Positions 18,902 through 29,715 of a stretch of 64,000 nucleotides of DNA are shown one piece after another. Below the pieces are notes generated by a model that made no database searches, was not told the origin of the DNA, and saw only the letters and a program-made list of their open reading frames with translations. The first letter of the stretch is position 1. Each line of letters starts with the position of its first letter. The position numbers and the translations under genes are program-made. The DNA is from Epithemia pelagica (lineage: Eukaryota > Protista > Bacillariophyta). Location of the stretch: NCBI GenBank assembly GCA_946965045.2, contig OX337228.1, positions 6,919,077 to 6,983,076 of the forward strand. The letters are read 5' to 3'.

Positions 18902-21229
18902 TTAGACCAATGGCGCCTGGTCGAGGTTGTTACTGCTCGGATGTGAGGATGCATTGGAAAGACTGGACACGACGACGCGAGTTGGCAGTTCTCCGGCATC
19001 GTCTTCAATAATGACAAAGCCATGGGGAACACGGGCATGAGCCAAGGCGGCCGCCATGGCGGCGGCAGGACTTTCCATGACCACTTCAACGGAATTTTGT
19101 TGAATGACCGGAATGGGTGTATGCGGCAAGGTACTCCTTGTGTTGTTGTTGTTCTTGTTCTTGCTGTTGCGAGAACAGGTTGCCACGGAATATCCGGATT
19201 GGGGTGTGCCAGTGGGATCGCCCACGGCAAAGTATCGGCCCCATCCCAAGCGACGGAAAAAGGATGTGTTGGTGTTTGAGTTGGTAGTATTGTTGGAGTT
19301 GTTGTTGTTGTTGCTGTTGCTGGTGGCTTGGTTATTGGCCGACGTGACGTTGCGAGACGACGAGACTTTGAAGGTGGAAGGATTGCGACTACTACTGGCT
19401 TCCGGCGGACTAGTACTGTTGAGAATGGCACTGTCTCGGCCACGAGACGCACTTCGCGAGGTTCCTCGACCTCGTGAAGAAGATGCCTGACGAGACGCAC
19501 TTTGGGAACGGGGACGGGTGGCAGTCTTGGCCGAAGCCGATTTGTGGTTGGACGAAGATGTTCCGTTGCGACCTCGCGAGATGCTGCGAGCATTGCGTTT
19601 CTTGGCATCGGCCCCAGCAGCAGCTGCTCCTCCTTTGAGTGCTGCGGATCGGCCTCGAGAGACACTGCGCCCTGATCGAGTCGTAGATGGTTTCTTGTTG
19701 TTGGTAGCCGTTCGTCCCCGGGAGGCACTGCGGGCTCGTGTGGGAGTTGCCGCTCGACCCGAACGTCCCCGTGAAGTGGATCGCTTCTTGGTGGTATTCT
19801 TGGGGGCCTTTTGGGTGTTGTTGTTCTTGTTCTTGTTGTGGTTGTGGTCGTCCATGGCCAAGACGACAGCTCCTGCTGCGGCGGCAGTAACCCCAACGGC
19901 CGTGGCGGCTCCCATCCCGGTAGGAGCAGCAGCCGCATCTTCCTTGTTGTGGCGGTTGTGGTTGGTGTTGGTCGGTGTCGTGGATTCCACTCCTCGTGAT
20001 TTCCGACGCGACGACGGAGTCGTGGATCGTTTGGGGGTGGACGATCGGACCAGTTTGGACGGAGAAGTTCGTCCCGACCGCCGCGGCGAAGTCGTCGTTG
20101 TCTTGTCGGGTGGTCGACCGGTCCGACTCACATATTCCAGTTCTTGTTCGACTTCGTGGGCTTCATGTTGCGGTTGCGAATGGTCCTGGACGAGCAAGAC
20201 AGGTTTGCTGCTTGCCGTGGTTTCTTCGGGATAGACGAGCTTGGTGTAGTACGAATTGGATTTTCGAGTGTGATGATGATTGTTTTGAATGCGGGGCGTC
20301 GACTGCGTCGTGGTGGTGGTCTTGGACTTGCGCGACGGTTGTGAACTTGGGGATCGGGTTTGCGGATAGGGCTGCTGGAGGTTCGGGTGGGTGTGGTGCG
20401 TAACGACGCGGCGACTGGGGGACGCCGTACGACCCGTGGGAGTCCGAGATCGACCATGCGATGGATGATGGTGGTTTCGATGAGAGGCTTGTTGTTGTTG
20501 TTCAGCTTGATCCAAGGTACTGACATTCCAGGCCATTGGCGAGGACGGTGAGGATGCATGCCGACTGTGATAGGGACTCTTGGATCGTCGTTGTCGTGGA
20601 TCGCTGCCAGACTCGACTCCTCCACGTCGTCGCGAACCAGAAGATGCGGGCATGAGGACTTGAACGGGATCCCAGGTACTACATTCTTCCGTCAAATCTT
20701 CTTCGGCCAAGCGTTGTTGCAGGGGATGGAACCGATCTTGCAAATAGACTTCGGGATATTGATCGGCATTTGTCAAGGTATCATCAAAACTTTGATTCGA
20801 ATTGGCCTGGTGCTGGTATGGTTGTTGCTGTGCGGCGGCCCATTGCGCTTGTTGCTGGGCCAATTGTTGCTGTTGCTGTTGCTGTTGTTTGTATTCCTGA
20901 TACTGGTCGACCAAGTATTGATCGTCCTTTTGATAGTGTTGCACATCATAGGCCTCGTCTCGTTGCATTCGAGGCGTGTTGCGACTGGAGGATGGCGGGT
21001 GTGGTGGTTGTTGTGGTGGTTGTCGATACTCGTCCTGTTCCGCTGCTGGATGATTCAGAACGGGTGGTGCTACGGCGACGGTGGACGAGTATCGATCCAT
21101 TCCACCATAGCCGGGAGGAGGAGGAGGAGCACCACCGCCAGCCTCGGGTGCTTTGTACCGAGGAGCATACCCCATGGTGGTGGTCGGGTCCGGACCCTCG
21201 TACGGCTGCTGCTGCTGGTGCGTCCTCAT
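18902..21229 (-). CDS. Hypothetical intrinsically disordered protein (~775 aa) with RSxSRGR repeats
   Basis: Long open frame (track ORF 18902-21277; first ATG at 21229), rich in Gln, Thr, Ser and Arg. Confidence 0.75.
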   Translation of the reverse strand: MRTHQQQQPYEGPDPTTTMGYAPRYKAPEAGGGAPPPPPGYGGMDRYSSTVAVAPPVLNHPAAEQDEYRQPPQQPPHPPSSSRNTPRMQRDEAYDVQHYQKDDQYLVDQYQEYKQQQQQQQQLAQQQAQWAAAQQQPYQHQANSNQSFDDTLTNADQYPEVYLQDRFHPLQQRLAEEDLTEECSTWDPVQVLMPASSGSRRRGGVESGSDPRQRRSKSPYHSRHASSPSSPMAWNVSTLDQAEQQQQASHRNHHHPSHGRSRTPTGRTASPSRRVVTHHTHPNLQQPYPQTRSPSSQPSRKSKTTTTTQSTPRIQNNHHHTRKSNSYYTKLVYPEETTASSKPVLLVQDHSQPQHEAHEVEQELEYVSRTGRPPDKTTTTSPRRSGRTSPSKLVRSSTPKRSTTPSSRRKSRGVESTTPTNTNHNRHNKEDAAAAPTGMGAATAVGVTAAAAGAVVLAMDDHNHNKNKNNNTQKAPKNTTKKRSTSRGRSGRAATPTRARSASRGRTATNNKKPSTTRSGRSVSRGRSAALKGGAAAAGADAKKRNARSISRGRNGTSSSNHKSASAKTATRPRSQSASRQASSSRGRGTSRSASRGRDSAILNSTSPPEASSSRNPSTFKVSSSRNVTSANNQATSNSNNNNNSNNTTNSNTNTSFFRRLGWGRYFAVGDPTGTPQSGYSVATCSRNSKNKNNNNTRSTLPHTPIPVIQQNSVEVVMESPAAAMAAALAHARVPHGFVIIEDDAGELPTRVVVSSLSNASSHPSSNNLDQAPLV

Positions 21230-21996
21230 ATGATGGTGTTGTTTCCTTGGCAACTCCCACAACGAACAAGAGATCAAAGAGTGATAGTGAAAACGAACGA
21301 CGATATCAACACTCTATTAATTGGTCTTTTCCTCCTCTCGTGTTATGTTGTGTGTATGTTGTGCCAATCCGTTGTCCCATCTCTACTAGCTAGAGAGAGA
21401 ATAAGATGCGTTGGACGGGAACGAGTGTGGTCTAAGTAACATCATGAGGAGTGCGCCATGGTTCGGCCGGACGTATCGACGTCGGGTTGCGAAGGTGCGC
21501 CGTGCACCTCTGTCCCATGGTCCATTCCGAATTATTGTGAGATGGAGGACGGTGGGGCAACGGATACTTAGAGGATCCCGAGGTTCCTATCTATTCCTCG
21601 TTTTGCTAACTATCCCTCTTGGCTCCGTTGGCAGAACGGAATTCCGAGTCGTTGCGACTCCCGAGAACCCTGGGCCGGCGTGCCCTCGAAAACTATGTGT
21701 GCTAGCGGTGCTATCCAAAGATTCCTCCCCCTCTATGTTGGGGAACATGGATCGATCGACCATGACACACTCGAGTGCAATGCGGTTCCATCGTTTTCAT
21801 GAAGCACGGGGATCTTAACACTCACTGAATAGTACTCCATCTGGATCAAGAAGTCACCATGTCGTATGGGAGAGAGACAGAAACTCCACACAAGAGTCTA
21901 CTTTACTCGCGACTTGAGATTCAAACCATGGTGATCTCTATTCTAGATTGGACGGATTTCGGTCCCGAATGCATCCTTTGAATGCTGGAGCATTCA

Positions 21997-22700
21997 GGGA
22001 AACGCCTCTTGGTGAGGGTCCAACACACTAGGTATAGAAATGTAATATGAATCTAGAGAGACGAAGGATCTTTAGATGGATCCGTCATCCCCGCCGTCCC
22101 CTGTAATGTGTGCGCTAGTGTTTGTGCAAATTTCTGGGAACCTTTTTTGTCGCTCTGAGAATTGGGTCGGCCGTGTGGCTGTAGTACCTAGTTCCATCTC
22201 TCGATCAAGATCACCAGTGATCCACGTTGCATGGGAAACTCCCAAGAGTCTCTTATACCCTCGACTACTACTACTCGATTCATGTCCATGGTGATGGTTG
22301 CGTTTGTCTAATACCTAGTGCGTAACCTATGCAGATTGGGTGGTTGAACGCTGCAGCTAAATGGGAAACGCCTCTTGGTGTGAGCGTCTAACGAACTATG
22401 TACGAATGTATTATGAATCTGGAGAGAAGAAGAATCTACCTAGATGGGTCCTGTATCCGTCTTCCACAGGCCGTCCCCTGGAATGTATATGCTTGTGTTG
22501 GCGTGTTTGTGCAGACTATGGAACCTTGTAGTAGATGTCGTTTGGGGAATCGGGTCGGCCCTTTTTTGGCTTTGGTGGCCAAGAAGAAGAATCTAGATGG
22601 GCCCTGGATCCGTCGGTCCGTGCCGTCCCCTGTGTGTTTTTGTCTTTCGAGTTGGGAGCCTTGACTGTCGTTGGGGAATCGGGTCGGTCGTTTTTGGCTT
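21997..22700. repeat. Diverged intergenic triplication
   Basis: gggaaacgcctcttggtg at 21997 and 22363. The blocks tagatgg..gccgtcccctg..gaat(c/t)gggtcgg occur three times (third copy partial, from ~22582). Confidence 0.75.
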
Positions 22701-22714
22701 TCTTTTCTAGCAAG

Positions 22715-24769
22715 TTAGGTGGCCGAGGATACGGAAAAATCCACCACGGACGACGATTCCAAGACGACGGTTCCCGTGTAATGGTCGGAATATCGCAAAA
22801 ACAAGGTTTCAATGCCCGATTCCATGCGATCTTGATGCTGCAAAAAGCTTTCAAGTTTCGACGCAGATTTCCTCGGCGGAGAGGAGGAGGAGGAGGATGG
22901 AGCATTCGTGTCGCGTGCGTCGTCTGGTTCTTTGGGTTTGGACGAATGGTCCAAGACGGTGGCGTCCCGTTCTTCAGCGACAGCGGCCGCGGTTTGTTCT
23001 CGGGGAGCCACGGCGTACTTGTCGAGTTGTACCAGCGTGTTCTTCGTCTTCTTGTTGTTCTTGTGGATCTTCTTGTCCACCAGCGAGTTTGGTGCCGAAC
23101 AAGCGACTGGTTCCAACAGATTGTCTTCGTCGTCCTCCCTGTCGTGTGGAAACTCCTCTTCCAGAGTGGTATTATGGGAGGCACACACTTCCAAGACTGT
23201 ACTACTAGGAGCTGCCGTGTCGGTTCCTTGTACCAACAAATCAGCCGATGACATGGGCGTCAAGAGACTCAACATTTCATTGGGAAACAAGAGAGAGGTC
23301 AAGGTGGAGGAGGACGAAAAGACACTTTGGTTGTCGTCCTTATCGTTGTGGTTGGCTGTCGGATAGCGACTGGCAATGGGAATAATGGGCAATCGTTCTC
23401 GGAACCATCGCTTCTTGGTGAGAGCGGTAGTACGGTTGTTATTGTTGTTCTTGGTATTGTTGTTCTTGGTTTTGTGGATGGGTTTCCCATTCTTGTGGTT
23501 GTTGCTAGTGTTTGGATTTGGAGTTGCTTTGTGATGGGTGGACGGGTACTTGGGCGGACGGGATGGGACAACAACCGGAGATACTGCTACTGGTGGCTCT
23601 GCCATTCGGGCAGAACCTTGTTCTAGCATGGGACTAGAGGACCGACGCATCATTGCAACACCACCCTTTTGTTTGTTGCTGCTATGATTGTGGTTCTTGG
23701 TTGGAGGAGGACCTCGTGCACTACTTGGTGATGGAAATCCTCCATATCCCGAACAAGGACATGCCGGAGAGTCCAATTCGTGGGGTTTTGGGTGGTTTCG
23801 ACCTTGTTGTCGTCGCCTCGAGGATGCGCTCGTACTGCTACTGTTTCCTTCCAAAGACGATCGACGACTCGGTCGGGGCTTGTTGCTGGTGTGGCTACGA
23901 GTTCCATCGGCCGAAGAGGAGGCATAGGATGCCATGGAGGATCTTCTGTGTCTTGTTGATGGTGGTGGTGGTGGTGGTGCTGTGTTTCTCTGTGGTGCCT
24001 TGTCTTGTGCATGTTCTTGTTGTTGTTGCCGATGCATCCTAGAAGAGGAACTACACGAAGACGATCGTCGTCGTCGTGCAGGATTCTCGTGAGGCATGGC
24101 TGCTACCGGATCTTTGTGTTCTTCTGGTTGGTGGTCTTGTTGAGGATTATAAGGATAGGGGTGTCCCTCGTGTGGGGGTTCCCTTTCACGCTCCTCTTGT
24201 CGGAGAACTTTGTCCTGTCTTTGCTGGTACTGTTGATATTGTTGTTGTTCCTCCCACGACGAGGGATGTGGTGTTTCAATCATAATTACCGGTGGGGGAA
24301 TGACGCCATTGTGACTGGAGCTTCGCACGGGAGGAATTCGTTCGGCTGGTTCGACAATTCTCAAGGCCCGTGGCACTCCTACTCCTGCTGCTGCTCCAAA
24401 GGATCCCTTGAAACGTCTCAGGGGAGCAGTGGGACCGTTGGGTTGCTGTTGTTGTTGTTGCTGCGCATGTTGCAGTTGTGATTTGGAGGAGACGCGCCGT
24501 TTGAGACGGTGATACTTGTTGGGAGCCTTGGGATTGCTCGCATACCAGACCGAAGGTGCATCTGCTTCCTTCTCCATTCGCAGCTTCTTGTCGTTGTCGT
24601 CGTTGCGGCTGTCGTTTTCGGTAGGAAGTATGACCACCTCGGCTGTAGTAGTACCAACAATGGTTGTGGCAGCGGTCGTGGGAGCCGTCGTCGTTGTTCG
24701 GGGAGCAGTATCCTTGGTGTTATCCTTGGTGTTATCCTTGGTGTTGGTATTGTGGGTGTTTCTCACCAT
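22715..24769 (-). CDS. Hypothetical intrinsically disordered protein (684 aa)
   Basis: Long ATG-initiated ORF; KDNT repeats; several RRxS motifs. Confidence 0.75.
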   Translation of the reverse strand: MVRNTHNTNTKDNTKDNTKDTAPRTTTTAPTTAATTIVGTTTAEVVILPTENDSRNDDNDKKLRMEKEADAPSVWYASNPKAPNKYHRLKRRVSSKSQLQHAQQQQQQQPNGPTAPLRRFKGSFGAAAGVGVPRALRIVEPAERIPPVRSSSHNGVIPPPVIMIETPHPSSWEEQQQYQQYQQRQDKVLRQEEREREPPHEGHPYPYNPQQDHQPEEHKDPVAAMPHENPARRRRSSSCSSSSRMHRQQQQEHAQDKAPQRNTAPPPPPPSTRHRRSSMASYASSSADGTRSHTSNKPRPSRRSSLEGNSSSTSASSRRRQQGRNHPKPHELDSPACPCSGYGGFPSPSSARGPPPTKNHNHSSNKQKGGVAMMRRSSSPMLEQGSARMAEPPVAVSPVVVPSRPPKYPSTHHKATPNPNTSNNHKNGKPIHKTKNNNTKNNNNNRTTALTKKRWFRERLPIIPIASRYPTANHNDKDDNQSVFSSSSTLTSLLFPNEMLSLLTPMSSADLLVQGTDTAAPSSTVLEVCASHNTTLEEEFPHDREDDEDNLLEPVACSAPNSLVDKKIHKNNKKTKNTLVQLDKYAVAPREQTAAAVAEERDATVLDHSSKPKEPDDARDTNAPSSSSSSPPRKSASKLESFLQHQDRMESGIETLFLRYSDHYTGTVVLESSSVVDFSVSSAT

Positions 24770-26224
24770 TCTGTGATGGACTCAATGGTATTCTGAACTG
24801 GGAGGAGGAGGAAGAGAAGAGAATCACTCTCGTTCCTCAGCAGTCTCCTTGTTTCTTATGGACTCCTATAATATGTACATACAGCAGATAGAAAAGAGTG
24901 GCGTAGTGTCTCATTTTTCTCAATGCTGTTTCGGCTCATCCATTTCATCAGTTGAGAGCAGACAATGGTTCACGGCGCATCTAAGGTAGGATGTTGTTCG
25001 CCTATGTGTCTTTCTCAACGCGTCCTCTCGACTTGAGTAGTTAGAGGAAAATGGATGGGATGCGCACCATGGTTGCGTACCGAAAAAACGTCTCTACGTA
25101 TCTTTGTCTTGGTGCATAGGATTCCGCTCATGCGTTGAAGCGTTACAGTGGCGCACTGGGACTTGAATGGAGCATGACCAACGTCTTTTTGGTGGTTCAA
25201 CGGATGAGATGGGGGATGTCGTGTTTGCACGTTGTTTGGTGTGTCGGTGGTTTGTCTGTCTATACTGACTCGATGCGAGACCAAAGAAACAAGTCACTTT
25301 ACATTATAGTAGTAGAACGACGAACCGAAGGATGATGAGTCTTTGTGGTTGCGCTGTCTAGTTTGTGAGACGAAAGGATCAAGTCTCTATACAATTAGAT
25401 GCTAAAGGAGTTGTAGGAACTACGATCCGACCACGGTTTTACGCTCAACGAGTGGCTATATGGATGATTACTGATTGTTAGTCTCTCTCAAAGGGAGCGA
25501 CACAAAGAGGGAATCGCCTTTCACGCATGCGTCCGAGTCCAAGGGAAAGAACGTCTCCTCTTGAACGAATGGTGGTGTATGTCTGTACTCGTATGTATAC
25601 CCATTTCCCCGAGAAGTGTCGCCTGGCGTTCCAGATCCGTTGGCCTATTGACTGATAAATCGGAATTGGCGTTGAGGATCCGCTGGCTGTATTTGATAAA
25701 CAACAAATCGGAAGCTGTGCGTTGAGAATCCGTCTACTTGTTCTTTGAAAGGTAACAATTCGGAAGCTCGGCGTACGTCTTACGTCGAAGTACTTCTGTC
25801 ACTCCTTTTCTCACATACATAGAAAGCATTTGGTCTTTGTCGTGTACGAGCTCCATCAATCGATATGGGTAACCGTAGTGGCCCGTGCTTTTCATACCCC
25901 CACTGTTTTTTCTACAGTGATTCTAACTTCGTAGGGACACCACTACGGTCATTTTGCACTGCGTAACACCACCATGACACACTCAAGCCGGTGTGCACCT
26001 CCAACGAAAGGTGCCAGCTCTCTTGCGACCATCAAGGATGCCTAAGAATCAAGTGTACCGTGAGGGAATGGGCGGGCAGGGATGAGTTGGCTTTTTTTAT
26101 GGACCGACGGCAAGATTTTGAAGTCTTCCTTATTTGGCATCCGAAACAGAGGAAGTGACCTTGAGAAGAAGACGACGACAACCGATAGAATGCATCCAGC
26201 AAGTCACCGATCATACGTCCGCAT

Positions 26225-27250
26225 GCAGCAATCAACTCCTCGTCACTTAATAGACCGAGCACAACATTGGAAAGCCTCGACCGTTGGTGGCTCAAACGCA
26301 ACAAAGCTGATTTGTCCAGACAAAACAAACGTGAACCGTGGGTGGAAGGACTGCTTCTACTGCGACAGACGATGGTGGTGCCGGTGGTGCGGCTGATTCC
26401 CACAGCACAATTTGAGTGGAAGAAGGAGGGGATGCCATGAAGCTGATGGGCGGTGGTCGAAGAGCCTTGCGAGTCGACAAGACTCGGCAACAACAACAAC
26501 AACCCAAAACCCAAACACAACAATCAACTTCTCACTCCTCGCTGCCACCGAACGAACAACAACAACACTCGGCAACAACACTCGACAACGACACTCGGCG
26601 GCAAGACTCGGCGACAAGATGGTGTGGTCGTCCTCCTTCTTCTACCGTGCGACGAAACAATCAACTCCTCGTCTTTTCGTTGCCCTCACCCAACAAATCG
26701 AAGCCTCGTCCACTGGTGGTAACAAGCGACGACAACGACAACCACAAGCGGCTCAACTACAAATGGCGAAACAATCGACGACGATGTCACAGCTGATCGA
26801 TCGAATGAACGAACGAAAGAACGAACGAATGAACGACAACAACAACACTCGGCGACAACAAAAATCCAAACACAACAATCAACTACTCACCGCCACTGAT
26901 CGAACGAACGAACGAACGAATGAACAAACAACAACAAAAACAACACTCGGCAACAACAACAACAACAACAACAACAACAACCCCCACGCAACAATCAACT
27001 ATTCGCTGTCACCGAACCCTCTGCCCGAGACTGTGCCCTTCAACAACAGCAAGCGGTGACAGCGACAAGCGACGACAACGGCATGCGACAAGACAGCAAG
27101 CGGCAACAACGACAAGCGGCGACAACGACAAGCGACGACAGCGACATCCGACGACAATGACATACTCAACAATCAACTGCTCGTTTCGGCCAAACGGCAA
27201 AACATTCGGCGACCACGGCACGGCAACAGCACCATACTCAACACCGAAAC
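26225..27250 (+). repeat. Complex A/C-rich minisatellite region anchored on CAATCAACT
   Basis: Anchor at 26229, 26521, 26658, 26876, 26992, 27170, with interspersed ACTCGGC(A/G)AC, (CAA)n, (GAAC)n and GCGACAACGACAA motifs. Confidence 0.8.
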
Positions 27251-28296
27251 GATTGCCTATTGTACGACCTACGACACAGAGAAGCATGTACTAAGCTAGA
27301 TAGATGTTCTGTACTAGTAGCTGTTTATATGCATACTCGTAGAGGAGGCGGGTTGATCATTGTGCTAGCGCCGCCTCACCATGGTGATGGTGTGGGTGCA
27401 GTTGGTGAGAAGAATCTCGCAACAAAATGTGCAAGAGCATGAGGGCAATTCATTTTACTTTAGGAAAATGTATGGTGTAGTGAATCTTGTAGGGCCGGAA
27501 GTTCAACCGAGTATCGGAAACGTGAAGCACGGGCCACTACGGTTACCCATATCGATTGATGGAGCTCGTACGAGTACGAAAACATAATACATCCGTTGGT
27601 TTCATGTGCATGGCGCAGATTTCCGAATGGCGCACCGCTTGTGGAACGAGTGGGGTTACCGAACACAATAGCGACGCACATCCGAAACTTCCAGGGCCTC
27701 TCATTCATCAAACCAGTGACAATGAACATGTGGTTTCGTCGTCGCCAGACAACGACGATTCACCTCGAGCCTCAACAACCGTGTCGAATGCTGCGAGTGC
27801 ACCACTGCCACAAGTACTATCGCTGTCTTTGGATAGTGCAGCGTTGGATGACATGTTTGGTATTCCAAGCCAAGCCGACCATCTGCAGACAGTCCGTCGC
27901 AAGATGACGACGAACAATCACACGACAAAGAGAACATGGAAATATAAGATCGTTATATGTGGCAACCAGTGCTAAGCTAAAGGCGACAAGCTAGCTCCTC
28001 TTCTCGCCTACCTGAAGCAACAAGGTAAGTTCCTGTTTGAAACAATGAACCAATGCCACTGGTCTCGTATTCTCATGTTCTCTCTCTTGCGCAGACTCTG
28101 TCATTCCCACGGAGTACCTGGTGGACGTTGATTCAGCGATCAGGGATGGTTGAATCAATGCCTGTTTTGCGATGAAAAAACAAAGGCAGTGGTGTGGCGC
28201 GACGACGACTGGGCATTCAATCCGAAATTGAACGAAACCCCGTCGAACAATGCAAGCGCGTCGACATTGACTGGGTAGACGTCAATTGGAAGGAAA

Positions 28297-29523
28297 TTGG
28301 CTTTGAAGACTAACAACGACAACAAGAAGAAGAAGAAAGGTACAAGGATCGCCAATTGGTGGAGGAGGAGTGTCAAGACGACGCACATATGTAATGCTCG
28401 TATCCACCGCCGACGAGGACGAGGATTGTTGATCTCTCGACGACAAAATCCTCACAACGACAAGGAGGATGATGTTGACTACGATGATGATGATGAATCT
28501 TGTTCGTCCTGGAGCACGGCATGGTCCAGTTGCCATAGTTCCAACAATGGCAAGACGAATCATAACGACCGTCACAAGAACAGTCTGTTGGATACCGCCA
28601 CCACCGGTCCTCCCAAAACCATATCGGAATCCTCGTCGTCGTCGTCCTCCTTGTTGTCACTTTCTCGATTGCGACCCTTGAAGACCAACAATCCTAGCGG
28701 CAGCAACAAGAACAAAACCAAGGACGCAACGACCATTGCCCAGTCCAATCGTTCCAGTGCGACTTGTACAACGTGGAGTAAAAAGGAGCCTCGCAAGAAG
28801 AACAAGGCCCATCGTACTCGATCCGAACAGCCCACGCAAACGAAACTGAAAACGAAAAAGAACCAAAAGAAGGGCCCCGAAACTGGTGACGGTTTGGACG
28901 ATTTGTCATCGTCCACCTTGCAAAGCACTGGCAGCAGTAGTACTAGCAGCATCCATCACCATGGAAGCCAACAACGTCGTGTCGTTTCGTTTGACCCCTA
29001 CGTGACCCTGATTCCAACTGCCACCATCGACAAGAACGACGATTCTACCACGAATACTTCTACGACAGCTTCGGCAGAATCCGTCTTGTGGTATACGACG
29101 GCCGAATGCAATACCATGAAATACAACCATTCGGTCCAAGCCTATGAAAAGGTTCGCAAATTGGTCTGGATGGAATATGGACAGGGCGCTGCCCTTCTGG
29201 ATCCATCCTCCTATCCCAGTGTCTTGTTGCAAGTGTACCAATGTGCCGTGCAGGGACAAAACTCGAAACAAAAGACTGGAAGCACCACCACGACCACCAG
29301 TGACAAGGACGACCAGAAATCACACCCAGCCAAGGAGACCGACAATTGTGAGGACGACAAAGAAGAAGAAGCGATCGTGGAGTTGGATCCTCGGTTACTG
29401 GATGAATTTCGAATGCATTTGCAATCGACACTCCCTCGCACTGGATTGGTCCAACGATTGGCGCTTTCCTTGGCGGCAGTCCTTGTCCGAGAAAGACAAG
29501 CCAAAAGGGCGTTGGTGTCGTGA
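28297..29523 (+). CDS. Hypothetical protein with a VSF...WY...R.GL motif set (type common in diatoms); 5' end uncertain
   Basis: 408-codon open frame containing RRVVSFDPYVTLIP, VLWYTTAEC and RTGLVQRL. Confidence 0.6.
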   Translation: MALKTNNDNKKKKKGTRIANWWRRSVKTTHICNARIHRRRGRGLLISRRQNPHNDKEDDVDYDDDDESCSSWSTAWSSCHSSNNGKTNHNDRHKNSLLDTATTGPPKTISESSSSSSSLLSLSRLRPLKTNNPSGSNKNKTKDATTIAQSNRSSATCTTWSKKEPRKKNKAHRTRSEQPTQTKLKTKKNQKKGPETGDGLDDLSSSTLQSTGSSSTSSIHHHGSQQRRVVSFDPYVTLIPTATIDKNDDSTTNTSTTASAESVLWYTTAECNTMKYNHSVQAYEKVRKLVWMEYGQGAALLDPSSYPSVLLQVYQCAVQGQNSKQKTGSTTTTTSDKDDQKSHPAKETDNCEDDKEEEAIVELDPRLLDEFRMHLQSTLPRTGLVQRLALSLAAVLVRERQAKRALVS

Positions 29524-29715
29524 TTGTGGATGGAAGGGTGAACGTGTCCTTCTCTTTTGTTGTTGTTGTTGCTGCTGCCACCCCCGGAATGAATCATTCT
29601 CCAACACTTGTTGTCGCGTTGTTCCACAAGTATTCGGCTGTAGGATGGATCATGGACGACTGCCAGCCCACCCAACACAGCAGCAACAGGAACATCTGCC
29701 CCATTCGCCATAGCA

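Noticed and set aside
27940-28330. Small GTPase-like start (YKIVICGN) with a GT-AG intron at 28025-28094
   Set aside because: No GK(S/T) P-loop or DxxG follows and all frames contain stops; family cannot be assigned.
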